Of a stretch of 64,000 nucleotides of DNA, positions 25,205 to 38,262 are shown piece by piece. The notes beneath the pieces were generated by a model. That model was given only the letters and a program-made list of their open reading frames with translations. It made no database searches and was not told where the DNA came from. Numbering within the stretch: position 1 is the stretch's first letter; each line of letters opens with the position of its first letter. This DNA comes from Octopus sinensis (taxonomy: Eukaryota), in the NCBI RefSeq assembly GCF_006345805.1, contig NC_043023.1:13082001-13146000 (forward strand), given 5' to 3'. The translations under genes were made by a program, and so were the position numbers.

Positions 25205-25672
25205 TTGGCGATGTTTCGCTTGTCGTAGCACAAGTTTCCGTCGATTTCCGTAAAAAATGTAAACACTGAATCGGCCATACATACATACATACATACACAC
25301 ACACATACATACACACACACACACATACATAGATACATACACACACACATACATGCAGACATACATATACACATACACCGAGTAAAAAATTTCAGTTATC
25401 TCTCTCTTTCACACATTACTCTCTCTGGTTCTTCACACACACTAACAGAAGCACTTCACTTACACAACATACTGTCTGTCTCCCACACTCCATCAAACAC
25501 ACACACACACATGTACATCAATGCTTCCCATGCACGGTAACTTCAAAAGAACTTCCCTCGTCATACAATCGCTTTCTCTTAGTCTCTTTCGCTCTCATTA
25601 CTTATGTAAAAAAATAAAAGTTTTTTACGGAAATCGACAGAAACTTGTGCTACGACAAGCGAAACATCGCCA
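25205..25672. mobile_element. MITE with ~55 bp terminal inverted repeats
   Basis: TGGCGATGTTTCGCTTGTCGTAGCACAAGTTTC...GTAAAAAA is inverted at 25621-25672. Confidence 0.7.
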
Positions 25673-25699
25673 TACAGGCGATACATATATACATATATA

Positions 25700-26170
25700 T
25701 ATATGTATATGTAAAAATATACAAACTGGGACAGGAACGCTAAACATTTAGAAGACGATACAAAAAACACGGACGGGACATTCGAAGCCTTCAATCTTCA
25801 GTCAAGAACTGAATCATCTTCACAATTTTGGCTGATTAATCTTGAGATTGCTCCGATCTGGCCAGCCCCAAAGGAAAATCTAAGCCAAGCACATTAGATT
25901 CCTTGGAAGAAAGCCTCGAATGTGTACAAAACAAGGACAGAAAACCGGACGATGTTACACGAATAAAAATACAAAAATACGTAAAAACAATAATGATAAT
26001 AATAATAACAACAAAAACAGGACATTTAATCAGCCGAAATTGCAAAGATGATCCGGTTCTTGACTGAAGATTGAAGGCTTCGAATGTCCCGTCCGTGTTT
26101 TTTGTATCGTCTTCTAAATGTTTTGAGTTCTTGTCCCAGTTTGTATTTTTTTACATATACATATATATAG
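25700..26170. repeat. Inverted repeat (~135 bp arms, ~190 bp spacer), Penelope-like junction
   Basis: 25705-25840 is the reverse complement of 26026-26165. Confidence 0.75.
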
Positions 26171-26818
26171 TGGCGTCCGTACACTTTTTGGTCTAATCAT
26201 CATCATTGTTTAACGTCCGTTTTCCGCGCTAGCATGGGTTGGACGGTTCAACCGGGGATCTGGGAAGCCAGAAGGCTGCACCAGGCTCCAGACTTATCTG
26301 GCAATGTTTCTACAGCTGGATGCCCTTCCTAATGCCAACCACTCTGAGAGTGTAGTGGGTGCTTTTACATGCCACCCGCACAGGTGCCAGGCGAGGCTGG
26401 CAACGGCCACGGTCGGATTGGTGCATTTTACATGCCACCGGCACGGAAGCCAGCCGAGGCGTCGCTATATATAGCTGAGGGTGATGACAATGACGGTTGC
26501 ACCCGTCGGTTTCAATGTATGCATGTTTGAAGGAGAAGACTTGGGTTAAAGAGAGTAAAAGAAAGAAAGAAAGAAAGAAAGAAAGAATCTGCATCTATTT
26601 GCAATGGATGTGTGGAAGGGAATTTGAGTTCAGAAATGGATTTTGCAATGAAGTCACAATGGAGACACTAAGGATTTTGATTGAGCGAATGTGTCTGTCG
26701 GTTGCAGGATATAGGTCTGCTATTCTTCATTTTCATCAACTCAAATTCTTCTCACAACATCCTGACACATTTCTAAAAACATTGAAAGACTGACCAGCTG
26801 AGTGTACACTTTGTGTGT

Positions 26819-27205
26819 GGAGGCGCAATGGCCCAGTGGTTAGGGCAGCGGACTTGCGGTCATAGGATCGCGGTTTCGATTCCCAGACCGGGCGTTGTGA
26901 GTGTTTATTGAGCGAAAACACCTAAAGCTCCACGAGGCTCCGGCAGGTGATGGTGGTGATCCCTGCTGTACTCTTTCACCACAACTTCCTCTCACTCTTA
27001 CTTCCTGTTTCTGTTGTACCTGTATTTCAAAGGGCCCGGCCTTGTCACTCTCTGTGTCACGCTGAATATCCCTGAGAACTACGTTAAGGGTACACGTGTC
27101 TGTGGAGTCCTCAGCCACTTACACGTTAATTTCACGAGCAGGCTGTTCCGTTGATTTGGATCAACCGGAACCCTCATCGTCGTAGCCGACGGAGTGCTTC
27201 CATCC
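26819..27205 (+). mobile_element. tRNA-derived SINE family 4
   Basis: Head GGAGGCGCAATGGCCCAGTGGTTAGGGCAGCGG...GGTTTCGATTCCC. Confidence 0.75.
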
Positions 27206-27943
27206 ACACTTTGTGTATCCAATCAGTTACTTGTGGATGTGTGCATAACTGCAAGGACAAATCCCTATTCACTTTAGTAAGTGCATATATTTCAGTATAG
27301 TGTGGGTACACAGGTGCACTATCCCTTGGTATTCTACATTTTAAACAAAATAAGGGTGCTAAGCAGTGGTTTATATAAATGCATTGTTATTACCATTTTG
27401 GATACGTCAGTGGCAGGTCCATACTTATACATTTGCCATTTACTGTGTTTTGTCATGGAGAAAATTTCTTCTTTGTAGAGAAATGGTGTAAATACACCTA
27501 AATCAGATTTACACCATTTGTCTAGAGCCAGAAATTTTACACCATGGAAGTGGATCCAGGCAATGACTTTCCCCAACATGTCAAATCAAACTCTAGAGAC
27601 TTTATTGATTGCTTCGGCTTATCCTTATATCTAAGGACAGGTCTTCCTCTGCCATGATATCCATCCATTTTTTGGCCGTAAAGAAGAATTTTTTTTAATG
27701 AAATAATTTGTCAACACGCTTTGGATGCTGGACATACCACATATTTTTAAGGTTTTGACATTTGATGTCTTATCTTGCTATTTTGTTGCATACATTGCGC
27801 AAACACATGTGAAAAAAGTTTCAAGTTTTTTTTTATTTCTCTCTAGAAGGGAGTCCATGCTTCTGCCCCCTACAGAACTATGGTCAAAAACAAAATACAA
27901 GAAATGTATAAATCGGGTTCACACACACACACACACATATATA

Positions 27944-28503
27944 TACTCTTTACTCTTTTACTTGTTTCAGTCATTTGACTGCGGCCATACTGGAGCACCG
28001 CCTTTAATCGAGCAACTCAACCCCGGGACTTATTCTTTTGTAAGCCCAGTACTTATTCTATCGGTCTCTTTTGCCGAACCACTAAGTAACGGGGACATAA
28101 ACACACCAGCATCGGTTGTCAAGCAATGTAGGGTGACAAACACATATATATATTTATATATATACGACGGGCTTCTTTCAGTTTCCGTCTACCAAATCCA
28201 CTCACAAGGCTTTGGTTGGCCTGAGGTTATAGAAGACACTCGCCCCAGGTGCCACGCAGTGGGACTGAACCCGGAACCATGTGGTTGGTAAACAAGCCAC
28301 TTACCACATAGCCACTCCTGCGCCTATATATATATACACGACGGGCTTCTTTCAGTTTCCGTCTACCACATCCACTCACAAGGCTTTGGTCGGCCCGAGG
28401 CTATAGTAGAAGACACTTGCCCAAGGTGCCACGCAGTGGGACTGAACCCGGAACCATGTGGTTGGTAAACAAGCTACTTACCACACAGCCACTCCTGCGC
28501 CTA
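27944..28503 (-). mobile_element. SINE family 1 with duplicated head
   Basis: Matches the family 1 copies. Confidence 0.75.
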
Positions 28504-28872
28504 TATATATATATATATCGAATGAAATCCACATCGGAAAGAGCTACTATTCATTTCATACTACAACAATACTTGAACAGGCATATTTATAAAATACGCC
28601 ATGTATGTTAAGGGCCATTCAGCCAAAGAATCCAAGCCAAGTCTGACTGGAACACGGAGCAGCACTCATGTCACACTGTCCTACCCTTACTTGCGAAGAA
28701 AGTGGATGATGATGATGAAGAAAGCACAACAAAGACAAAATCAATGTCATTCAAAACTTTTATTCCTTATTCCCATTCCTTTATTCTCTCATAACAAATT
28801 CCTCAAAAATCCAGCACAATCATCTTCAGAAATCAAAGTCATTGCTGCGTTGATATATACATTATATTGAAG

Positions 28873-29351
28873 AAGGCGCCAAGCTGGCAGAAACGTTAGC
28901 ACACCGGGCGAAATGTGTAGTCGTATTTTGTCTGCCGTTACGTTCTCAGTTCAAATTCCGCCGAGGTCGACTTTGCCTTTCATCCATTCAGGGTTGATAA
29001 ATTAAGTACCTATTTCTTTGCTACCCACACAAGGCTAAACACCGAGAGGACAAACAAGGACAGACAAAGGGATTGAGTCGATTACATCGACCCCAGTGCG
29101 TAACTGGAACTTAATTCATCAACCCCGAAAGGATGAAAGGCAAAAGTTGACCTCGGCGGAATTTGAACTCAGAACGTAATGGCAGACAAAATACGGACAC
29201 ACATTTTGCCCGGCGTGCTAACGTTTTTGCCAGCTTGCCACATTATTTAAGTACCAGTTACGCGCTGGGGTTGATGTAATCGACTTAATCCGTTTGTCTG
29301 TCCTTGTTTGTCCCCTCTATGTTTAGCCCCTTGTGGGTAGTAAAGAAACAC
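28873..29351. mobile_element. Nested SINE family 2 pair with 16-bp TSD, inserted in the B3 3' module
   Basis: TSD ATACATTATATTGAAG at 28857-28872 and 29352-29367; an inverted copy is nested inside. Confidence 0.8.
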
Positions 29352-29508
29352 ATACATTATATTGAAGTAGTTATTCATAAATTTCATATTGCCATTCATT
29401 AACTTGAAGTTGATAACATCAGGCTTAACGAGGAAAGAACCCTGTCTTTTAGCAAACAAAATACTCATAATTGTTGTCCTGTTCTAATTTATTTCCATTT
29501 TCATAATG

Positions 29509-30507
29509 TTACACCTGTGTATGAACACTCACGTGTGTACCTAAGTTACTTTTTTGAGAGAATGATTTACCACAGGTATCACACTGATATGGTTTCTCCC
29601 CAGTATGAATACGTCTGTGATTAGTCAAGGTACTTTTATTAGAGAATGAAATACCACAGATATCACAATGATATGGCTTCTCTCCCGTATGAATACGTTT
29701 GTGATGAGTTAAATTGCCAAGCTGAGAAAATGATTTACCACAGATATCGCACTGATATGGTTTTTCGCCAGTATGAATACATTTGTGAATAACCAACTGA
29801 CTAGTATAAGAGTATGATTCACCACAGATGTCACAATGATATGGCCTCTCTCCCGTATGAATACGTTTGTGATATGTTAAAGAGCTATTCTGAGAAAATG
29901 ATTTACCACAGATATCACACTGATATGGTTTTTCCCCAGTATGAATGCGTTTGTGACAAGTTAAAGTTCTATTTTCAGAAAATGATTTACCACAGATGTC
30001 ACAGTGATATGGTTTTTCCCCAGTATGAATGCGTTTGTGACCAGTCAAATGACTATATTCAGAAAATGATTTACCACAGATATCACAGCGATATGGTTTT
30101 TCCCCAGTATGAATGCGTTTGTGACTAGTCAACTGACTATTTAGAGAGAAAGATTTACCACAGATGTTACAATGATATGGCTTCTCTCCCGTATGAACAC
30201 GTTTGTGGCGAGTCAAATGACTACAGTGAGAGAATGATTTGCCACAGGTATTGCAATGATATGGCTTCTCTCCTGTATGTGTACGTATGTGAACAGTCAA
30301 GGAACTACTTCGAGAGAAAGATTTACCACAGATATCACAATGATTTGGTTTCTGTCCCGTGCGAACACTTTTGTGACTAGTTAAAACATCATTTTCAGAA
30401 AATGATACACTGCAGGTATTAGAGTGATATGGTTTCTCACCTGTATCAGTGTTTTTTGCTTCAGTTAAAGGATTCATCATGAGAGGATAATTTGTCATAA
30501 GTATCAC
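29509..30507 (-). CDS. C2H2 protein B3 (divergent B-type), about 10 intact fingers
   Basis: ORF ending HVSVHTQV; acceptor at 30884; first ATG at ~30498. Confidence 0.88.
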   Translation of the reverse strand: MILMTNYPLMMNPLTEAKNTDTGEKPYHSNTCSVSFSENDVLTSHKSVRTGQKPNHCDICGKSFSRSSSLTVHIRTHTGEKPYHCNTCGKSFSHCSHLTRHKRVHTGEKPYHCNICGKSFSLNSQLTSHKRIHTGEKPYRCDICGKSFSEYSHLTGHKRIHTGEKPYHCDICGKSFSENRTLTCHKRIHTGEKPYQCDICGKSFSQNSSLTYHKRIHTGERPYHCDICGESYSYTSQLVIHKCIHTGEKPYQCDICGKSFSQLGNLTHHKRIHTGEKPYHCDICGISFSNKSTLTNHRRIHTGEKPYQCDTCGKSFSQKSNLGTHVSVHTQV

Positions 30508-31699
30508 AATGATAGTGTTTATTTCATTTCTATGAGAATGTTCAGTTGTGTCACAATTGTCAAAGAATGATCTAATGCTGTGTTTCTTTCATCAGTGATC
30601 TTATAGAAGGTGTAAACTGTTATCCAAGCTTAGTTAACCAGTAAATTGATCATCTCCACTACATTCCAGATAACGAAGACCAGTAAATGTTGCTGTTAAT
30701 TGCATTGTCCAGAAGAAATACTTTCCCATCATTTGTCGAAGATTTTATTTATATAAAGAGGCTGATGCATTGATGAATGTGCCTCAGAAATATATCGTCT
30801 TCCTTTAATTGATGAAAGCCAACAAAAATATCCGACGCACATCTGAACGAAGAAATTTCTTTTACGTCAACATGATGTGATATTCTGAAATAGAAAAAAA
30901 GAAGCAGTGAGATAAAGAGAATCATTAAACGACATAGTAATTCAACATTGCAAATCTTACAACATCAACACTGTCATTCCCTAGGGTTTGGGGTGGGGGA
31001 AAGGGTAACTTTTTTCTTCAGAAATGTAAATAAACCATATCTGTTTCTTAAACAAGGGACATATTCATACGGCACAGAATGTTTTCACCTCAATAGACGT
31101 CATTAATTGGTTGAAATTGCAGAAAAAAACAGCAAATATCTTACAAACTATAGAATTTTCTCAATAAAGCCAAAAGAAAAAGATGTTTTATAAACACATT
31201 CTACCAGTATACGAAGTTTAAAAGTGTTTAGTTACGTGGAAATTATTAAAACACAACTTTTTAATACTACTAAGTATAATGAGGCCCTAGGTACATGCAA
31301 CCACCACTTTTTTCATACCTTCAAATTTTACCACAATCTAAATGCAACCTAAATCACCACACAGTACATCACCGAACACCCCTTAGGTTCCCTTCTTGTC
31401 TCGAGACAGTGTTCACCCGGGGTGGGTTGAGCTGGCTTCATTCATCCTCAATGCTGCATCTCTCACAAATGCCGACCACACCTGATGTTTTGAGGCTAAG
31501 GACCGCGTTCCCCAACCACTCATTCATGATATTCATCCACCCCTTAAGTAATCTCCAGCAACTGTATTTGACTTCCCAATGTCTTAATTTTAAAAAACAT
31601 GTCCTACCCATCTACACTGAATTCTCATCAGCATGCTTTGCCCCATACAGAAATATGCTCAAAATACAAGACTTCTATTCACTTAGAAATGCCAGTCCT

Positions 31700-32420
31700 G
31701 GTGGTACTTAAGAAATCCATCCGAACGTGGCCGTTGCCAGTGCCACCCAGACTGGCCTTGTGCCGGTGCAACGTAAAAAGCACCATCCGATCGTGGCCAT
31801 TTCCCAGCCTCACCTGGCCCCTGTGCCGGTGGCATGTAAAAAGCACCATCCGATCGTGGCCGTTTGCCAGCCTTGTCTAGCACGTAATAGCACTCACGGA
31901 GTGGTTGGCGTTAGGAAGGGCATCCAGCTGTAGAAACATTGCCAGATCAGACTGGGCCTGGTGCAGCCTTCTGGCTTCCCAGACCCCAGTTGAACAGTCC
32001 GACCCATGCTAGCATGGAAAGCAGATGCTAAACGATGATGATGACATCATGTTCACATACACACACTTACATATCATCATCATTGTTTAACGACCGTTTT
32101 CCATGCTATATATGGTTCAACTGGGGTCTGGGAAGCCAGAAGGCTGCACCAGGCCCAGTCTGAGCTGGCAATGTTTCTACGGCTGGATGCCCTTCCTAAC
32201 GCCAACCACTCCGTGAGTGTAGTGGGTGCTTTTTATGTGCCACCGGCACAGAGACCAGACGCAGCTGGCAATGGCCACGGACGCATGGTGCTTTTTACGA
32301 GCCACTGGCACAGAAGACAGTCAGGGCGGCGCTGGCTACGGCCACGTTCGGATGGTTCTCTTACGTGCCACCGGCACTGGTATCACAGCTACAAATTCCA
32401 TTGATGTTGATAGATTACGA
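31700..32420. mobile_element. Tail-to-tail inverted pair of family 3 elements
   Basis: 31700-32045 (+) and 32075-32420 (-). Confidence 0.65.
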
Positions 32421-32535
32421 TTTTGATTTTCACTTGCCTCAACAGGTCTTCACAAGTGGAGTTTTGTGTCCCAAGAAGGAAAGGAACGCATAAGTGGGCA
32501 GGCTACATATATATACCAAATTATATACACAACAT

Positions 32536-32935
32536 AGGCGTGGGAGTGGCTGTGTGGTAAGTAGCTTGCTTACCAACCACATGGTTCCGGGTTCAGTCCC
32601 ACTGCGTGACACCTTGGGCAAGTGTCTTCTACTATAGCCTCAGGCCGACCAAAGCTTTGTGAGTGGATCTGGTAGACGGAAACTGAAAGAATCGTCGTAT
32701 ATATGTATACACACACACATGTATATATGTTTGTGTGTCTGTGTTTGTCCCCCCCAACATTACTTGACAACCGATGCTGGCGTGTTTATGCCCCTGTAAC
32801 TTAGCAGTTTGGCAAAAGAGACCGATAGAATAAGTACTAGGCTTACAAAGAATAAGCCCTGGGGTCGATTTGCTTGACTAAAGGCAGTGCTCCAGCATGG
32901 CCACAGTCAAATGACTGAAACAAGTAAAAGAGTAA
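32536..32935 (+). mobile_element. SINE family 1, full length
   Basis: Head to AGAGTAA tail. Confidence 0.8.
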
Positions 32936-33429
32936 CCAAAAGAACTGCTACTAGTTTCATGCTATTATGATGCTTGAACAGGAATATCTATAAACTATGT
33001 ATTTCAAGCCGAATCTAATTGAAACTTGGAGCAGCACTCTGGCTTGACAGCTCAGGTCACACTTTCCCACCCAAACCAGAATAAAAATGGATGGTAAAGG
33101 ATGATGAAGATGATGATGATGATGATGAAAGCACAACAAAGCCAAAATCAAACTCACTTTAAACTTTTATTCCTTATTCCCATTCCTTTATTCTCTCATA
33201 ACAAATTCCTCAAAAATCCAGCACAATCATCTTCAGAAACCAAAGTCATCTCTGTGTTGCTATATTTAGATATATAAATGATATTGAAGTTGTGATTCAT
33301 GAATTTCATGTTGACATCCAAGAAACTGAAGTTGATAATGTCAAGCTTGAAGAGGAATAAACCCTGTCTTTTAGCAGACAAAATATTCATAATTGTTGTC
33401 ATATTTTAATAAATTTTGATATTGATACA

Positions 33430-34407
33430 GTTACACTTGTGTATGAACACTCAAATGTGTACTTAAGAGGCATTTTTGAGAGAATGACTCACCACAGATA
33501 TTACAATATGGCATGTCTCCTATATAAATAAGTTTGTGATTAGATAAATTGATCTTTTGAGAAAATGATTTACCATAGATATCACACTTATATGCGTTTG
33601 CGACTGGTCAAGTTACTATTTCTAGAGAATGATTTACCGCAGATATTACAATGATATGCTTTGTCTCTTGTATGTGTATGTTTGTGACTAGATAAAATGT
33701 TATTTTTAGAAAATGATTCACTACAGATATCACAAAGATATGGTTTTTTCCCCAGTATGAATGCATTTGTGTCTAGTCAACTGATAATTCCTAGAGAATG
33801 ATTTACCACAGATATCACAGTGATATGCTTTCACTCCTGTATGTGTAGCTTTGTGTTGAGTTAAGGTATCACTTCGAGAGAAACATTTACCACAGATATC
33901 ACAATGATATGGCTTCTCTCCAGTATGAATACGTCTGTGATTAGTCAAGTCACTGTTTGCAGTGAATGATTTACCACAAATGTCACAATGATATCCTTTC
34001 TCTTCTGTATGTGTAAGTGTATGTTTAGTCAAACCACCACTTTGAGAGAATGATTTGCCACAGATATCAAAATGATATGCTTTCTCTCCTATATGAGTAC
34101 GTTTGTGACGAGTTAAGGTGCTATTTTCAGAAAATGATTTGCTACAGATATCACAACGATATGGTCTTTCCCCAGTATGAATACGTATGTGACTAGTCAA
34201 GTGACAATTTTGGGAAAACGATTTACCACAGACATCACAGTGATGTGGTTTCTCTCCTGTATCAATGCATTTGTCTTTGGTTAAGACTCTTTCTTCAGTG
34301 AATGATTTACCACAGATATCACAGTGATATGGCCTCTCACCTGAATCAGGTTTGTTTGGTTTTCTTAAATCATTCATTATAAGATAATAACTTCTCATAC
34401 GTATCAC
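33430..34407 (-). pseudogene. C2H2 gene B4 (ORF 33730-34407, ~7 fingers, some degenerate); frameshift followed by decayed fingers
   Basis: Ends HTGEKTISL at an extra A; zinc-ligand losses (HFDIC, KDKCID); acceptor at 34793, putative exon-1 donor at 35811. Confidence 0.75.
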
Positions 34408-35810
34408 AATAATAATGATTTTTTCATTTCTATGAATATATCTGTGTTCAGTTGTGTCAGTATTTTCAGAGAATAATTTAACACTGTGTTTCTTTCATCT
34501 GTGTTCTTGCTTAACATCTAAAACGGCAGATGTAGACTGTTAAAACTTTTGTAAATTTATCCAAGCTTAATTAACCAAGCAATCACCTTCTCTAAACTCC
34601 AAACAGCGAAGACAACAAAAATGTTGCTCTTAATTCCATCGTAGAAGAAATATTTTCTTATTGTTTGTTGTTGATGTATTGATGAATGTGCCTTATGAAT
34701 ATATGGTCTTCCTTTAATTGATGAAAGTCAATCAAAATATCAGAGGCATGTCTAAATGAAGAGATTTCTTTAACGTCAACATGATGTGATATTCTGAAAC
34801 AGAAAAAAAGAAGCAGTGAGATAAGGAGAATCGTTAAACGACATAGTAATTCAACATTGCAAATCTTACAACGTCAACACTGTCATCCGTTTAATGCCTA
34901 TGTTTGCATGGGTCAGAATTCACTGAGGCTTTGAAAGTTTTACATCATTCTGTACATAGATGAAGAGTTTCTACATTTCTCTAAATTCTTACCTGTTTTC
35001 CCCCATTAATTTTTTTCATTGGCATGAAACCACCTCAATTCTGAGAAGAGGGTCTTTTCTTTCCTTCAAAAATCGGCACGAACTTTCCGGACAACCAAAT
35101 ACATATATAATTCTATGATATACTTGCAGAATCGTTCACATGCCGAACAAAATGCATAACAGCATTTCGTCCGTCTACACTCTAGAAGTTCAAATCCCAT
35201 CGAGGTAGAATTTGGCTTTCATCCTTTCGAGGTAAAAACAAACAAGAAACATTAGCGCACATTGTTCCATGGAAGCGACGTCCGCTTCTCCCACCAATTT
35301 TCTGAACTTGTGTCTAAAGTACAAAAGATTATTGTCATCAACACTATTATTATTATTTATTATAGCGACCTGGAAATACTGGGTTCCATATATTCCACTT
35401 CGTGCCCCCCTTAAACTCTGCAGGCCTCGGAAAATTTCAAACCTACATCATTACTATTATTAATATAACTTATTAAACAACAGGACGTTAATTAATATGG
35501 TATTCTTCAATCGGTTTCCCCGCATTTTACTAATTAATCAATTAATTAAACTGTTTTACCAATTAATTTACTTTATATCCCATGTAACGGTGGTTCATAG
35601 GTTTTCATAAACAACAGATCAACATTTCAGTTTGGAAATTATTAATTAAGACGATTAAATATATTTTCTTAATTGTTATCAGGTTCCCGCTTCGAAAAAT
35701 AATTACTGTAACATCGAGAGGTTCACATAATTCTATTATTCACATTATTATCAGTAGTAGTAGTAGTAGTATCACTATTACAGCCTTAAAGTAAATCTTT
35801 ATCAACTTAC

Positions 35811-36416
35811 CGTATTCACAAATAAGCAACGAGTCAGTGAAGCAGTAATTAAGCTCCTTAATTAAGAATTTAAAAGAAACGAGGTTGAAGTGTTGTAGAG
35901 GTTATTTCCCTTTAGATGATTGTATTTCCTCAGTTCTCCGATAGATGACTCTACTAACTTTTCTTTGTCCCTTTCTGTCAGGAACCTCCCTTCAACTTTT
36001 TTCAAATTTTCATCTCAATAGACGTCATTGATTGGTTGAAATTGAAAAAAACAGCAAATATCTTAGAAACTATTGAATTTTCTCAATAAAGTCGAGAGAA
36101 AAAGATGTTTTATAAACACATTCTACCAGTATACGCAGTTTAAAATTCTTCAGTTTCATAGAAATTATTTTTAAAATCTGCCGTTCAAACCGAAAAGATC
36201 CCAAATTTCCTCCCAATTATTTGAATCTAAACATTTTAATTCCTTTTTAAATGATTGTATTTAAATTCTCCAGTAGAGCCATCTATTGGAGCATAGCAGA
36301 AATACAATCATGTAAAGGGAAATAACCTCTACAACACCTCAACCTCGTTTCTTTTAAATTCTTAATTAAGGTGTTTAATTACTGCTTCACTGACTCGTTG
36401 CTTATTTCTGAATACG
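35811..36416. promoter_or_regulatory. Putative bidirectional promoter with divergent first exons of B4 and B5
   Basis: Mirror donors ACG|GTAAGT at 35811 (-) and 36416 (+). The spacer 35956-36270 contains GACGTCA and ATTGG (CRE-like and CCAAT). Confidence 0.5.
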
Positions 36417-36974
36417 GTAAGTTGATAAAGATTTACTTTAAGGCTGTAATAGTGATAATACTACTACTAATAATAATAATGTGAATAATAGAATTATGTG
36501 AACCTCTCGATGTTACAGTAATTATTTGTCGAAGCGGGAACCTGACAACAATTAAGAAAATATAATTTGCTCGCCTTAATTAATAACTTCCCTAACTGAA
36601 ATGTTGATCTGTTGTTTATGAAAACCTATGAACCACCGTTACATGGGATATAAAGGAAATTAATTGGTAAAATGAGAGTAAAACAGTTTAATTAATTGAT
36701 TAGTTATTAAAATGAGGGGAAACCGATTGAAGAATACCATATTAATTAATGTTCTGTTGTTTAAGAGGTTATATTAATAATAGTAATGACGTAGGTTTGA
36801 AATTTTGCCGAGACCTGCAGTGTTTGAGGGGAGCACGAAGTCGAATATATGGAACCCAGTATTTCCCGAAAGGGATGAAAAGCAAAGTCGACCTCGGCCG
36901 TATTTGCAGTCAGGAGTTTCCGCCGAGGTCGACATTGACTTTCCTTCGTTTCGAGGTCGCTATAATAATAATAA

Positions 36975-37210
36975 TATATTTCTTTACTACCCACAAGGGG
37001 CTAAACACAGAATGGACAAACAAGGACAGACAGATGGATTAAGTCGATTACATCGACTCCAGCGCGTAACTGGTACTTAATTTCTCGACCTCGAAAGGAT
37101 AAAAGGCAAAGTCGACCTCGGCGGAATTTGAACCCAGAACGTAACGGCAGACGAAATAGGGCTACGCATTTCGCCTGGCGTGCTAACGTTTCTGCCAGTC
37201 CTCCGCCTTA
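36975..37210 (-). mobile_element. SINE family 2
   Basis: Full copy; absent at the mirror position in the left arm. Confidence 0.75.
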
Positions 37211-38262
37211 GACTATTATAATAATAATAATAGTGTTGATGACAATAATCTTTTGTACTTTAGACACAAGTTCAGAAAATTGGTGGGAGAAGCGGACGTC
37301 GCTTCCATGGAACAATGTGCGCTAATGTTTCTTGTTTGTTTTTACCTCGAAAGGATGAAAGCCAAATTCTACCTCGATGGGATTCGAACTTTTAGAGTGT
37401 AGACGGACGAAATGCTGTTATGCATTTTGTTCGGCATGTGAACGATTCTGCAAGTATATCATAGAATTATATATGTATTGGGTTGTCCGGAAAGTTCGTG
37501 CCGATTTTTAAGGAAAGAAAAAGGTCAATAAATACTTGCCAATACATTTTTAATCAACCAAATATGAACCCTTTTTGTTGCATAATGCGTCTCCATCATT
37601 CCTTTAACTTGAAAATACCCTCTTCTCAGAATTAAGGTGGTTTCATGCCAAAGAAAAAAGGTAATGGAGGAAAACAGGTAAGAATTTAGAGAAATGTAGA
37701 AACGCTTCATCTATGTACAGAATGTTGTAAAACTTTCAAAGCCTCAGTGAATTCTGACCCATGCAAACATAGACATTAAATGGCTGACAGTGTTGATGTT
37801 GTAAGATTTGCAATGTTGAATTACTATGTCGTTTAATGATTCTCTTTATCTCACTGCTTCTTTTTTTCTATTTCAGAATATCACATCATGTTGACGTTAA
37901 AGAAATCTCTTCATTTAGACATGACTCTGATATTTTGATTGACTTTCATCAATTAAAGGAAGACCATATATTCATAAGGCACATTCATCAATACATCAAC
38001 AACAAACAATAAGAAAATATTTCTTCTACGATGGAATTAAGAGCAACATTTTTGTTGTCTTCGCTGTTTGGAGTTTAGAGAAGGTGATTGCTTGGTTAAT
38101 TAGGCTTGGATAAATTTACAAAAGTTTTAACAGTCTACATCTGCCGTTTTAGATGTTAAGCAAGAACACAGATGAAAGAAACACAGTGTTAAATTATTCT
38201 CTGAAAATACTGACACAACTGAACACAGATATATTCATAGAATTGAGAAAATCATTATCATT

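Noticed and set aside
26026-26100. CTGAAGA...TTCGAATGTC as a hammerhead
   Set aside because: GAAA core and stem I pairing are not satisfied.
26819-26895. tRNA gene
   Set aside because: The tRNA-like head continues into a repeated SINE body; no proper acceptor stem or terminator.
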